From: Williopsis jadinii
Taxonomy: Eukaryota
Direction: 5' to 3'
Length of the DNA: 64,000 nucleotides
NCBI GenBank assembly: GCA_024346625.1
Contig: AP024666.1
Span: forward strand, 2,046,001-2,110,000
The notes below the pieces were generated by a model. It searched no databases. It saw only the letters and a list, made by a program, of their open reading frames with translations, and was not told where the DNA came from. Shown piece by piece: positions 35,456 to 48,161 of the stretch (the first letter of the stretch is position 1; each line of letters begins with the position of its first letter). The position numbers were made by a program, and so were the translations under genes.

Positions 35456-35812
35456 TCATAGCGGATGGTTTTTAATCTCGCTCATAGCCCGTAGCGTTTC
35501 CCTGTCAGATGTGGTGAAATCGTTCCGTATCACTTTAATCTCCAATGCGGATACAAAATCACCGTCATATATACACATTGCATCAACCATTGTACCTGAG
35601 TAGCACAGTTCCGCGTTGTCCAGTTGTAACTGTTGATCGAGCCTTATATCAAGTGGCGTTCTACCTTGTGTTAGGTTAATAATTGGTTGAACTCTTATGA
35701 ATCCACTCAGCGCGTTATACTCTAGCACCATTCCCAAGATTCTAACCTTCACTATGTGGTTTTCTCTTGAGTGCTCTTTTAAGCTGTCGGTATTGATAAC
35801 CAAATTTGACAT
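35456..35812 (-). CDS. TEN1: Probable telomere-capping CST subunit Ten1 (small OB fold)
   Basis: 118 aa. MSxLV N-terminus, KVRILGMVLEY and G.MVD....YDG resemble yeast Ten1. Confidence 0.55.
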   Translation of the reverse strand: MSNLVINTDSLKEHSRENHIVKVRILGMVLEYNALSGFIRVQPIINLTQGRTPLDIRLDQQLQLDNAELCYSGTMVDAMCIYDGDFVSALEIKVIRNDFTTSDRETLRAMSEIKNHPL

Positions 35813-35956
35813 GCTTTTTGGGTGGATTTTAATGTTGATGTTAAGTGCTTGTTTACATTTTGTGTGTTTGTTTGTTTGTTTTTTGGGGATCTCGGAGCGA
35901 AGGTTTGTTTATATTCCAGAGCTGCGATGGTGTAATCAATGGGCATTCAAAGGGCA

Positions 35957-36955
35957 ATGTTGAGACGGGCTATTCGAGGATTAGCGACGTTTGCCGAGGG
36001 AGATGTTGTGATGATTCGATCTGTTGTTCGAAGCGATAGATGTTGGCTTTCAGAGCCTTTGAGGGAGGGTGGTAAAGTCAACATCAACCAAGGAACAATA
36101 TCCCATGACGATATTGTCGGGATGAAATCCAGAAGCCTAGTTAAATCCAGCCAGAACAACTCCTACATAGTGACTGAGGCATCCACTGAAGACTATATAA
36201 CGCTATCAAGGAGAGCTGCGACGCCTATCTACCCACTTGATGCTAATGCTATTGTCTCACTGGCAGATTTACACGTTGATTTCCCAGAGTTGACACCTGC
36301 TGGTGGGTTGAAAGAACCACCGCTACAGTTCTTTGAAGCAGGCACAGGACACGGATCTCTGACCCTTGCTATTGTGTCAAGGTTACACCCTGCTAACTGT
36401 TTCTACAAAAGCCACGGTGTCAGAGGTGCTATCTTACACTCGATTGATCGTAACGAAGCACATTCAAATGTTGGTAAGAGAACCATACGCCAATTTAGAA
36501 GAGGAATGTACATTGATGACGTTGAGTTCCACCTTGCAGAGTCCCCAAGTGAATGGTTATCCCGTGCTGATCATTGGAAGTCATTAGATCCATCAGAAGA
36601 GTTCCTAAGTGGTGCATTCCTAGACCTTCCGGATCTCTCAGGCGCCATGGGACCTCTTTCAAAATATTTGAAACAAGATGCTCCTCTTGTCGTGTTCTGT
36701 CCTTCTATAACTCAAATACTGGATGTGCTCACCACCATTAGAGAAGAAGATATCAAATTAACGCATATCAGAACTGTTCAGCTGATGCCTGGGATGGGTG
36801 GTGGATTGCAAGACTGGGATACTAGGTACACCAGGGTCAAGGTCACAGGAGAGGAGAGCATCATCTGTAGGCCAAGGGTTGGCTCTCGTCTAGTGGGTGG
36901 TGGATTCGTTGCAGTTTTCAAGAAACTTCCTAGAGATGCAATTCTGAAATCATAG
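35957..36955 (+). CDS. tRNA m1A58 methyltransferase catalytic subunit family (Trm61/Gcd14-like), probably mitochondrial
   Basis: G.ISHDDIVG, R.ATPIYP.D, EAGTGHGSLT, FLDLP, FCPSITQI. Arg-rich N-terminal presequence MLRRAIRGLATF. Confidence 0.8.
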   Translation: MLRRAIRGLATFAEGDVVMIRSVVRSDRCWLSEPLREGGKVNINQGTISHDDIVGMKSRSLVKSSQNNSYIVTEASTEDYITLSRRAATPIYPLDANAIVSLADLHVDFPELTPAGGLKEPPLQFFEAGTGHGSLTLAIVSRLHPANCFYKSHGVRGAILHSIDRNEAHSNVGKRTIRQFRRGMYIDDVEFHLAESPSEWLSRADHWKSLDPSEEFLSGAFLDLPDLSGAMGPLSKYLKQDAPLVVFCPSITQILDVLTTIREEDIKLTHIRTVQLMPGMGGGLQDWDTRYTRVKVTGEESIICRPRVGSRLVGGGFVAVFKKLPRDAILKS

Positions 36956-37013
36956 TTAAAAATTTTAGACTAAATGATAATGTACATACAAAATGGATTA
37001 GAAAAGGATGAAA

Positions 37014-37625
37014 TCATAATACAGTACGCTTTGTGGAACGCTTCTTGTTCTTCAACAACACCTTTTGTCTAACTTGTTCCTGTTCGCTTTCACTTTCGCT
37101 TTCAACTTCACTCTCCATGTCGATATCACTCTCCTCTTCTTCTTCCTCGTCAACGCCTTGTTCTCTTGCAGCTCTGGCTTCTTCCTTGGCCAGTTTCTTT
37201 GCAAGTTCCACTTCTCTCATTCTCAACAGCTCTGGGTTAGACTCCACAAGCTTCTTGTCCAATGCTAATTGTCTCTCCTTGTTGCCCTTCATTCTATTCT
37301 TGTAGAAGGCTCTCTCACGTCTCTGTCTAATCTCCTCCACCCTAGCCATGGCCTTAAGCGTCGTGGCCACCAAGTCTCTATTGTATCTAACCGGCACGTT
37401 TCTTCTAGCGGCAAACGTCAATGTGGAATCAACAGCCAACTCCTTACCAGCAGCCTTTCTGAACGCTTTGGTCCATTTCAACTTTCTTGGATTACGACGC
37501 TGCTTGAAGGCCTTGTGACACTTAGAACGACAGAATCTAAACTCTTTGGCATCGTTACGAACAAACATGATACCGTGGCCTGGATACACAGGCGACGAGC
37601 AGAAATGACATTGGTAGATTCTCAT
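37014..37625 (-). CDS. RLP24: Ribosome biogenesis protein Rlp24
   Basis: [52 protein letters not shown]. Confidence 0.97.
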   Translation of the reverse strand: MRIYQCHFCSSPVYPGHGIMFVRNDAKEFRFCRSKCHKAFKQRRNPRKLKWTKAFRKAAGKELAVDSTLTFAARRNVPVRYNRDLVATTLKAMARVEEIRQRRERAFYKNRMKGNKERQLALDKKLVESNPELLRMREVELAKKLAKEEARAAREQGVDEEEEEESDIDMESEVESESESEQEQVRQKVLLKNKKRSTKRTVL

Positions 37626-37673
37626 CTCAAAAGGGTGTTTCTTAACTGATTTGAATGGACAATGTTGAAGGAA

Positions 37674-37702
37674 ATGAGATGAGATGAGGACATAAATTTT
37701 TT
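37674..37702. promoter_or_regulatory. PAC-like (GATGAG) and RRPE-like (AAATTTTT) elements upstream of RLP24
   Basis: ATGAGATGAGATGAG followed by AAATTTTTT, typical of ribosome-biogenesis promoters. Confidence 0.6.
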
Positions 37703-38005
37703 CTGCCTATTTTTTTTTCTTTTCAGTTTTTCGGTTTCCTATTTGAGTAATTTCCTGTTTGGCTTATTTTAGTCACAATTGATTATGTAATAGAGCATGT
37801 GTTCATAACCACTCTTTAAGAGGAATATTTCCTACTAGAGTATTTATACATGAGTTTTTTCTCTCGGCTTTTTTTCTCTATGGCTCTGCTTCCATCGACA
37901 CTTTTCCAAATTGTTCTCTTCCTTTCTACAACGTTTACAGGTTCTTCTTCCCCCGGAAAGCTTCAAGAGAGAGAGAGATACAACCCATACTGGCAAGATA
38001 GAGAA

Positions 38006-38482
38006 ATGGCGCAAACGATCGACATCCCAACGCTTCCTGTTCCTGGGGAGAAGTCACAGCCTCAACAGCTCATCCTTGGAGCACCAGCATCGGGGCATGA
38101 GTCTCAACATCAGACTCCTCCACAAGGCACTGCGGACTACTACTTCGACCAGGCTGTCACAAGCATCGGTAACCACCCGATTCTTGCCGGTATCGGAGGG
38201 TTTATGTGTGCTTACTTCATCGCTGGTGCGTTCAAATCGAACCAGCCAGGTATAAACGGTAAGGCCTTCTCCAAAGGTGGCTTTGGTGGAAAGATGACTA
38301 GAAAGGAGGCACTACAGATACTGAACCTCAGAGAATCGACATTAACGCAGAAGAAGTTGAAAGACACTCATAGAAGAATCATGTTGGCGAATCACCCGGA
38401 TAAAGGTGGCTCTCCATACGTTGCCACTAAGATTAACGAAGCTAAGGACTTCTTGGTAAAAGCTGGTAACATTAAAAAGTGA
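38006..38482 (+). CDS. PAM18: Mitochondrial import motor J-protein Pam18/Tim14
   Basis: TM segment, then KGGF..KM..KEALQILNL...HRRIMLANHPDKGGSPYVATKINEAKDFL. Confidence 0.92.
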   Translation: MAQTIDIPTLPVPGEKSQPQQLILGAPASGHESQHQTPPQGTADYYFDQAVTSIGNHPILAGIGGFMCAYFIAGAFKSNQPGINGKAFSKGGFGGKMTRKEALQILNLRESTLTQKKLKDTHRRIMLANHPDKGGSPYVATKINEAKDFLVKAGNIKK

Positions 38483-38556
38483 TTTTGGTATAGTATTACA
38501 CATGGAAACCACACTTGTACATATGACTCAAATGTGTAGTGTTATTAGGAAATTAT

Positions 38557-39719
38557 TCACTTTGTCACAATTGAAACGACGTCTTCATCGTGAACCATAT
38601 GGTTCAATCCGCACTTTTGAGGGTTGTGCTTTGTAGAAGAACCCCAGACCAGTGCGTACTTGAAACTGTTCTTGAAATCCTTATGGATACCGTTACAAAC
38701 GTCCTCTATGGAACTGTTATTTCTAACAACCATTGGATCCTCAAAGTTGACAGCAACGCCTCTTCTCTTGGTGTACAGCTTCAACAGATCTAACTTGTAC
38801 CAAATCTCATCCACAACGTCGTCGACCCCAAAGTCCATCTCACAACTCATGACGACAGTATTTGGCTCCCTGGCGATTCTATCCACTTCTTCTAACGACA
38901 CGGCATCGATCTTGTTATATACGTAGAGACATTTGATGTAACTTCTATGCGAATCGTTGATGATATCGATAAAGTCCTCCACAGTGACATTTTCATCCCT
39001 CACAAGCACATCTGCGTTGTGGATCTTATAGTCCCTCAGTATACCTGAAACAATCTTCTCGTTCAAATACTTTGGAGGTGAGGTGTAACTGAATTTCACA
39101 CCTCCTGTGGTCTTCTGTTTGAAATAGATGTTTGGCTTTTCCTTGTTTAGTCTAATACCAACACTCTCCAGTTCCCTTTCCAGGATTTGTCTCTGGTTAG
39201 CACCTTTCGTCGCATCTAGTACCATCAGCACCAAGTCGGCAGTCTTTGCCGTAGCAATGACTTGACGACCACGACCTTTACCTTCACTGGCACCATCGAT
39301 GATACCAGGCAAATCCACAATTTGGATACGGGCATTCTGATACTCCAAGAACCCAGGAACAGATGTCAACGTCGTAAATGCATAGCTGGCAACCTCCGAC
39401 TTGGTGTTGGTAATCTTTGACAGGAATGAGGATTTACCCACAGACGGGAACCCAATCAGTACAACACGGGCATCACCACTTTTACTAACCTCAAATCCTT
39501 GACCTGGCGAGGAAGAAGAACCAGGTGGAGGCTCGAGCAGCTGCTGTCTGTAACGAGCAAGCTTACCCTTCAAGAGACCGATATGGTACTCCGTGGCTTT
39601 GTTCTTCTGAGTTCTTGCAAGTTCCTCTTTGATCTGCTGGCTGTTGGTATTAATGTTAGTAAGGTCCAGAGCATCTCTGATCTAAACTTCCACACATACA
39701 TCTTCTCAACAATACCCAT
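38557..39719 (-). CDS. RBG2: DRG-family GTPase Rbg2. Exons 39719-39700 and 39640-38557, intron 39699-39641.
   Basis: The spliced N-terminus reads [54 protein letters not shown] and a TGS domain. Intron GTATGT..TACTAAC..CAG. Confidence 0.93.
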
Positions 39720-40113
39720 CGTATATTGTATTCTACAATGTTCTTTCTAGCTCGTCACAGCTGCCTTCTGACCCAACTAGGCTTGGTTTAACAGGAAGAG
39801 ACGAGAGTGATACCCAAAGGCCTGTTTACAAGTTCATGTCTTCCAGTAGAAATTTGCGGTTGGAAGACACTAAGGTCTTCGGATTATGTAATGTATTATG
39901 TAATCATGGTACCATGACGAGAGTAATGTATTTTATGGAAGACTTGAAATAACTACGATTAGAGGCCTGTATTGGCGGTTTAGGTGGTCAAAGTGTGTTA
40001 TGGAGTGTCGAATTGTATCATTGGGTGTGTCTGAGGAATCAATCAGGTTGTTCTAAGCTGAATTTTATGGGTGCATAGCTTTCAACAAGTTGATCTGTAG
40101 TGCTTCGGTATGG

Positions 40114-41930
40114 TGAACGCGATTTGGACCTTCCCTAACTCTCCGGTAAATCTCGAATCACCGCTACCTTCGTGATCAACTTGCGCTGCGCTGCCTGTCG
40201 GGTATTGACTTCAATGCCTGGTTCTTCGTTGATTGAATGATTTTGAAACTAACGGAATCAACGATTGAAAGAGTCTTCTAAAACTGAAGCGTAAGATTTC
40301 GTATATGTAGTCGCAAGTGTGTGTGCGGGGTGGATATGTTAGAATGATACTAATCCGAGTGCTGTTAGTATGGAAAAGACTTGTCTCGTCCTTGATTTAT
40401 TAAAAGAGGACATCTCAAAGGTCAGAAAACACTCATGTACAGACTGGTGATAAAAGTGATGCTTCCTGTAGATCTTTTCTTTATACGTACTGAGATTGAA
40501 GAATGCTCTGTTATGCTTATGCGCAGCAAGGCAAACTCCTTAACCTCTGGAAATAAAGAAATACGATCTTCTGAATTTGCTGATGCTGTTGGTTCAATGT
40601 TGGTAAATTCAGCAACAGTTTCCACTCTTGTTAATCTCATCTCTGTAATCTCCTGTTGAGCAATTTTCTAGCGGTATATAACAGTTGTGCATAACGATCG
40701 TTTGAGAGAGGAATCCACCAATCCTGTTAATGTAGTTCTCAAGTTTATTTTATTCTTCATCGTTTTGATGAATATCTCTAAGCGATTCAAAGTGACGGTT
40801 TGTAGCTAACCCTGGATCTAGTGTATAAATTTCTGAAAAATTCTCTTGTCCATTTTCTTGAGCTATCATACCATCAACTCTATGGAGTAAACGCCAGTCG
40901 ATAGTCATTGAATAAGTCCCACTTCTGGAATCACGAGTGCTGTTAGAGCCCAAGGATGATAGCGAAAGAATTGTATTGATGTTTTGGGAATATTTGGAAG
41001 TGATTGGATCCGATAAGATATCCTTCATGTACTGTGGAGACTCTTTGAATATGTCATTGAGTAAAATTTTGTCCGTATCGCAACAAAAAGATGATAATTC
41101 AGTATCGATAAGGAGAGCATGACAATAATGGCAACACTTTCAAGGGCATCAGGATTATAAACTGAGTTCTGTGGTCTCCGCGGTCTCCGCTGTTGTTGTT
41201 GTTGTTCATAAACTGGATCATCATTCTCATTTAAACTGTTGGTGTTATCTTCAATGATGTATTCAAAGTTGGGATCATAATCAAAGGCACCATCAAGTCC
41301 GATTTCTTCTAAAGCTCTTTCTGCTATCTGCTTCTTATTCTATCATCCATAGTTCCATTATCAAGTTCAGGTTCAGGACGTCGTTAGAAGGTTCCATGAA
41401 GAGTCCTTAGTTTTTTCCTGGGATATCCTTCAAGGTTTCTGCTTTTATTTTTCAATCTTTTGTTTCTGACCATTCTTCTGTTATCTTTCTAACTTTATGT
41501 ATTTGTGTATGAGGCTGTCTTGGTTTTGTGTCATTTTGCGTCTGATAAGAATTCAAAATGTAAACGATACCTACAAGAATTAGGAAACATCCTTACATTT
41601 TTACGATTGCTTAGGCAGCGAAGAACCAGAAAGATATATGGCAGCACTTTCTGATATATTTTAAAAGAACCATTGGTCCAATCAAGCTCAAAGTTAATGT
41701 TTATGATGATATAGATATTTTCTTTTGTTTTCCTCGTCAGTTCTCCCAATTTTTGTTTTGTTGCTGAGACATAAGTTAATTTATGTATTTTTCTTGATTA
41801 TATCTCAGAAAGCATTGAAGGTAACATAATCATAATTTGTATATCTCTCAATTAAGGTAAGAGCTACATTGTGGTATACTCTGGGGAAATTGAAAGAGGG
41901 TTTGCTATTCTTATAAGTATCATTCTAATA
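40114..41930 (-). mobile_element. Degenerate Helitron-like element, copy 2
   Basis: Inverse copy of 8984-10980. ORF 41028-40750 reads through stops present in copy 1 (GMIAQENGQENFSEIYTLDP). PLRCPLLINQG near 40390-40422. Confidence 0.7.
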
Positions 41931-42049
41931 AAACTAAACTAATACATCCTGAGTTAAGCAACGTAGCCACACAAAGGTTCTTGGTGGTAAAAACATACAT
42001 TGTGACGTCAATATATCTGAAAGATTATAAGCTGAATCCCGTAGAGCAA

Positions 42050-42214
42050 AACCGCGACGTCAACGGCGTGCGCAACACCATAATCAAGTGTCTTGTTGCA
42101 TCTCTGTAGACCCACACGCCGGAATGCGTTCATGCTACTCTAAAGAAATATACCTTTTTGCTGTCCTCCTCGACTTTAAAGGGGTACAAAATGGCACATT
42201 TTCATGAACGGTTG
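42050..42214 (+). mobile_element. Second TnpB/Fanzor 3' remnant with candidate omegaRNA and right end
   Basis: 42050-42109 translates as NRDVNGVRNTIIKCLVASL* (compare DGDINAARNILIRCLAASQ*). The downstream tail is homologous to 14089-14180. Perfect stem CGTTCATG(42127-34)/CATGAACG(42203-10). Confidence 0.8.
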
Positions 42215-44236
42215 GTTACAATGCTCATGTTGCCAATACGGAGGTATTATCCCTATGCTCATAACCATTCATGTACATCATAACACATCCGTGCACCCAC
42301 GTAAAAATAATCCCCAGTTGGTCAGCTGAGAATTATAGTGGTGGCCGACAAATATTCAACAAAATATCAATAGGAGGTCACATACGGAGTTGCATATGAC
42401 AGGATTAGCCAAGTTTACTTAAAGAGGAAAGTCTGAAAATTATTTCTCGTAAAGCCAATGGGTTAAGCATTCGTATACGACAATATTCCACAATGGATCT
42501 CGGTGGCCCCAGCTCCAGCAACGCAGTTAACGTAGTACAACACACCAGCAAAGTTCATTATTTGACTCTATTATGGATGATTTTCCACGATTGTATGCTA
42601 AGAAGCTCGTAACAAATTGGTTGATAATTTAAACAACGGAACTTCTTTTGCAATTTTCACCTATCACTCTGGTGTAACCTTTGTAGGAGTGAAATATTTT
42701 CATCCCAGCTGAGAATACACGTGTATATCTAACATCATCTTTGCATATGTAGGAGTATTTGGTGTGTGTGTACCAGCCATCGAAGATCTCTATTGCATCC
42801 TTCACATATCAAACTGTTAAAATCTTATCGTGACACTTGTTAAAGTTTTGAGTCTCAAAAATCATAGCCACTTCGATACTCTTTTGGTTCAGAGGTTAAT
42901 ATTCATAAAGGAGGTATTTGTAATTATTTTACAGCACCAAGAAAGTCCATCTATGTGCTAAGCGTATAACAGGTCTTGCGTACCTTGAAGATCAGTTGCA
43001 ATCCGACTGACCCAATGCCACAGTTCTTAATGCTTACAGCTCCAGTGAGTTTTGGAGTACAGAAACGATTGATTTATTTTAGTTGTCTGTATCATGAGCT
43101 TATGAGTAAGGTGTGAAGAGCCCTGATCAATGACTTCATTGGTATGACAATGATACAGAGCTCAAGACTATTTACTCAGGTACTGATGGTCAAAAGTTTG
43201 TATTCATATACAACCTTTTCATAGCTAGAATGTAAACTATAATTACTCATATTCGTACATGTGTTTGAGCTACATGAAACCCGGCAAAATAAGCATATGG
43301 TAGTCTTGTCTTGGAAAATATCATGGAAGCATGTTGAGCGTGATGGTTATCGTTTAAAGGGGTGCATATGGAAAAGGTGTTGGATACCTCCCTAAAATAA
43401 ACTATATTTTCAGTTGATACAATTTCCTCAAAATGATGTATACATACACAGAAAGTGTTGATAATTTTGAGCTTCATCGGAAAGACATGTGGTCTGGGTT
43501 ACTTCACACCAGGCACATACTCAAGCGTATAACCATTCATGCGTCCTTCTATATATTATTTGAAGTTAGTCTATAAGCATTATATGTATATGGGTGTTTG
43601 TACACTCCGTTATGCCTTTCATGATGAACTGTAACTAACATGACCAGTTAATTCTTCAAAGTCGATATATTAATTAACTGCTACGTCATCGGTACACAAA
43701 AGGCAACCAAAATAAGTCTAGAATGAATTAATAAATGAAAGATGCCGGTGTCAGCTTCAAAGTCAATCTTTGGAGATGATCGCTATCATTTGAACCTACT
43801 CAGTTCAGTCTTTGAGACCCTTAAATATAAGTCCTTTAGGTAAAAAACACAACAACAAGATGTCCATTATGCGTCATGATTGCTATGTCTTGCAGTGTCC
43901 CAAGTTGATAAAAATTAAAGAAATCACAACATGACCCATTGGTAAATCTTTACTAGAACATAACTAGGAAATAGTTCAATTGGTTAATAGCCGTCTGAAA
44001 GTCTCTCTCAAACAATGCAAGTCTGTTATTCAACATTTTGTAGAAATGGTAAATGAAAAGTAATGTAAAAAAACCTTCAATATTGACAACCCCCACAGAC
44101 ATTTGAGTAGATCATCGTTCCATATGCATGTTGCCCCCAAATTCGATCACTCAACAGCTCGGCGTTGAAATTTGTCGAGTAGTTAATCCACCTGGGTCTA
44201 CTTTCGACCAAGAACAACCGAGAAACCAGTAAAGAA

Positions 44237-44905
44237 ATGACTACAGATGGAATTGAAACTATCGTGAATCGTCTCAGAGAAGTTTCTAAGAACAATTTCC
44301 CTCATATACCACCCAATATTTTGAAAGAAGGTATACCCGTTGATAAAGTTACACAATTTGAGCGTGAAAGGTCAATACATCTCCCAGAAGATGTGAGGCA
44401 GTTTCTTCAATTGATTAATGGAGAAGGTGTACACGACGATGGCACTCAAAGCGGTTTCCTCATGGGTCTCTCATTGTTATCATTGGCCGATATTGAAAGA
44501 GAAATGAACATTTGGCAAGAGGTTATGGATGATAACCCAGCTTTCGCTGAATGGCACTCAGTGAGTTACCCACCAGATTGTATTCAGGAGGTGTACTGTG
44601 ATCCCAAGCATTGGATAGGACTTGCAGTGGATGGCTGTGGCAATTCTATAGGAATTGATCTCAAACCTGGTCCAAAAGGCAGAGTTGGACAAGTCATTGT
44701 CTTTGGAAGGGATTACGATGACAAATGCGTGATTGCGAACAACTGGACCCAGTTCTTAGATGAATGCGTATCATTTATCGAAAGGGGCGAGTCGTTCAAA
44801 GTTGATGATAATTTCTATGAACTTGATGATTCTGGAACATATATCGATGAAGTTTATGAAAAGTGCATGACCAATATTAGAAAAAAGTATTCCTTAGATC
44901 ATTGA
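44237..44905 (+). CDS. SMI1/KNR4 (SUKH) domain protein
   Basis: E......LPEDVRQFL...NG, and WIGLAVDGCGNSIGIDLKPGPKGRVGQVIVFGRDYDDKCVIA. Confidence 0.85.
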   Translation: MTTDGIETIVNRLREVSKNNFPHIPPNILKEGIPVDKVTQFERERSIHLPEDVRQFLQLINGEGVHDDGTQSGFLMGLSLLSLADIEREMNIWQEVMDDNPAFAEWHSVSYPPDCIQEVYCDPKHWIGLAVDGCGNSIGIDLKPGPKGRVGQVIVFGRDYDDKCVIANNWTQFLDECVSFIERGESFKVDDNFYELDDSGTYIDEVYEKCMTNIRKKYSLDH

Positions 44906-45519
44906 ACTTGTTGTTAATTGACCTCATGAATTTGTAAAGATATTGTTGGAAGATGAGTTCCATATATCGGATATAGAGGGCTATATCGGTGATAAAAGAG
45001 GTTGCGACTATTGAAGATATATAAGACATGCGTAACTCTGAAATAAATGCTAACAACGCATTCAAACATTGGATACCTAAAACTAAACTCGTAGTAGTCT
45101 GTCTAGGTAGTCCATGATTTCGTTTCAAAATGCATATTCGCTAAGCTGGATGGTTGTTTCTCAAAGTTCGGCTTACCGTTCACGCACCGACAAACGCATA
45201 ATACACCGTATCTGCATATACCTCCACAAGATTATGGCCTCCAATAATCAGATGTAACTATCCAACACAATACAAATGCAGCTAAGTAGAACCTTGGTAA
45301 CCTTGTGATCAAAGTGTTAGCCATGTGGTGGGATTGATCAGGGGGAAAGGCGGAGGGATTTTGTCCATAGCCTACATAAGCGTATAATACACATCGAGGA
45401 ACGGTTGAAAGTACTTAATAGAATGGCTTCGTCGAAGAATATATAAACGGGCTATAATCCACCAATTAAGCGTCCTTGTATATTGTAAACTCTCATTATT
45501 CAACACTTTCAATTACTGA

Positions 45520-46518
<999 letters not shown>

Positions 46519-48161
46519 ATAATGCAGTCTGGATAGTGTTGATAAAATTTATGATTGATTTTTCTTGAAATGTGCGAAACCATGTAGGTTGGAAATTCAT
46601 GTAGAGGGCTCAATTGTGCGGTCATGATTGTTTGGTCAACCATTCTCGTTTAGATCGGTTAAACAAAGTGCCTTGATTAAAACCCACGAGCTAAAAAAAC
46701 ATCAATTGCTGCTGTTAAACTGCTCTCATTTTGCGGTGGGATTAGCATAGAAAATACATATACCTTCACACAACTGTTTATATACATGTAATTATTCCTC
46801 ACTCGATTCTCATGAAAGGACGGGAAAGAAACCGCTCATAAAATCACCCAACTGGAGACATATCTGCAAGTCTTACATAGTCTAAAAAAGCTTAAAAAAC
46901 GTATGGAAGACTCAAACATTTTCCTGAATTGCAGTAGGGACTAGCATGTGTATGGGGCTGAATAATTTCAGGGGAAAAGCTACCGTCAACTAGTGGTTCT
47001 AGACTCTTAGGCAGAGCCGTAACTCGGCCAATTGCACACACACACACAAAAAAAAAAAGATCACCACTTTATTATAAACATCGAAAATTACTTCTCAGCC
47101 TTTTTCCATGCTTCTAAAGGAGAATTTGGTAAGCCTTTGGTCAATTGATGAGTGTTTTTGATGATTATATATATATAAAAGGTATCATTATTGATGTTAT
47201 TCTCCGTGATGGAAATCACTTGATAGATTTATCGCTCAGCGCGTACACAGAGCTGAAGTCAGTACCCTTGAGGCTTACACAAATCCACATGACCTTGCAC
47301 CTCTCTAGCCATGTATGGCACACCAAGATAATATTCAAGCTGACTCGTACTCACATGTACTGAATGTGATGACTTGTTTACAAATTAAATGGAGTTGGAC
47401 AATTCGGCTACCCCAAAGACGAATTTGTTATTCTATTCCATGTATCGACGCTTGGTCCCAGTAATACAGTTGCTCTTTTTCTTTTTCTTATTTTCTTTTT
47501 GACTTGACATTTTGTAGGGCTCCAATTGATCCACTGAGTCTTGTTATTGAATCTATGAATTCTTGATTGTGACCCTGTGCCCGAGTAGAGTGTCCTTTTT
47601 GGGAGATTTAGTGACCCAGTCCCTTTCTCCTATTTATTTGGCAAGAGAAAATTAATTTCGAACGTGTTTCCACTTGTTAGGGTTATACACCGTGGATCTT
47701 TGCCAGACAGAAATATAAGGACGATCACAGAGCATATTTTCGACAGAGTTAGAGACATGATGGCACTTGAGTAATACAGGTAGATCTTAGATTATTTGGA
47801 CAAATATGGGATAGATTCTGTACCCTTGCACCCTGCACAGCCATGCGTACTGGTTTGCATCAAGAGCAAATCTTGTACATGTGGGTATACGTATGAACTG
47901 TTTCCTTTACGAAAGTAATTTGAAGTACTCGATGGCTGGAGCTCAACTTAGCTCAAATAATATCCCTGGAAATTGAGTCATCAAATCGCCATAACTTTCC
48001 TCTACACCAATATTCCAACTATGAAGTTCTTCAAAGAAAGTGTTGTACATTTCTTTGGTCTACTTAAGAAGCCCAAATATCCTGCTTTGAGAAATTTTGG
48101 ACTAAATTCACTTCATTCTTCAAAGCTTCATATCCGACACTCGCTTTATTAACAAACTTTT

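Noticed and set aside
37850..38005. Longer N-terminus of PAM18 from ATG 37850
   Set aside because: T-rich, promoter-like sequence. The ATG at 38006 gives a typical Pam18 length.
41961..42006. HTKVLGGKNIHCD as part of the second Fanzor zinc finger
   Set aside because: It resembles LGG.K.F.C but does not align with copy 1 and is too short to support.
42263..43541. AACCATTCATG at about 42263 and 43531 as additional element ends
   Set aside because: Only a 10/11 match to the reverse-complemented end with no extension, which is compatible with chance.
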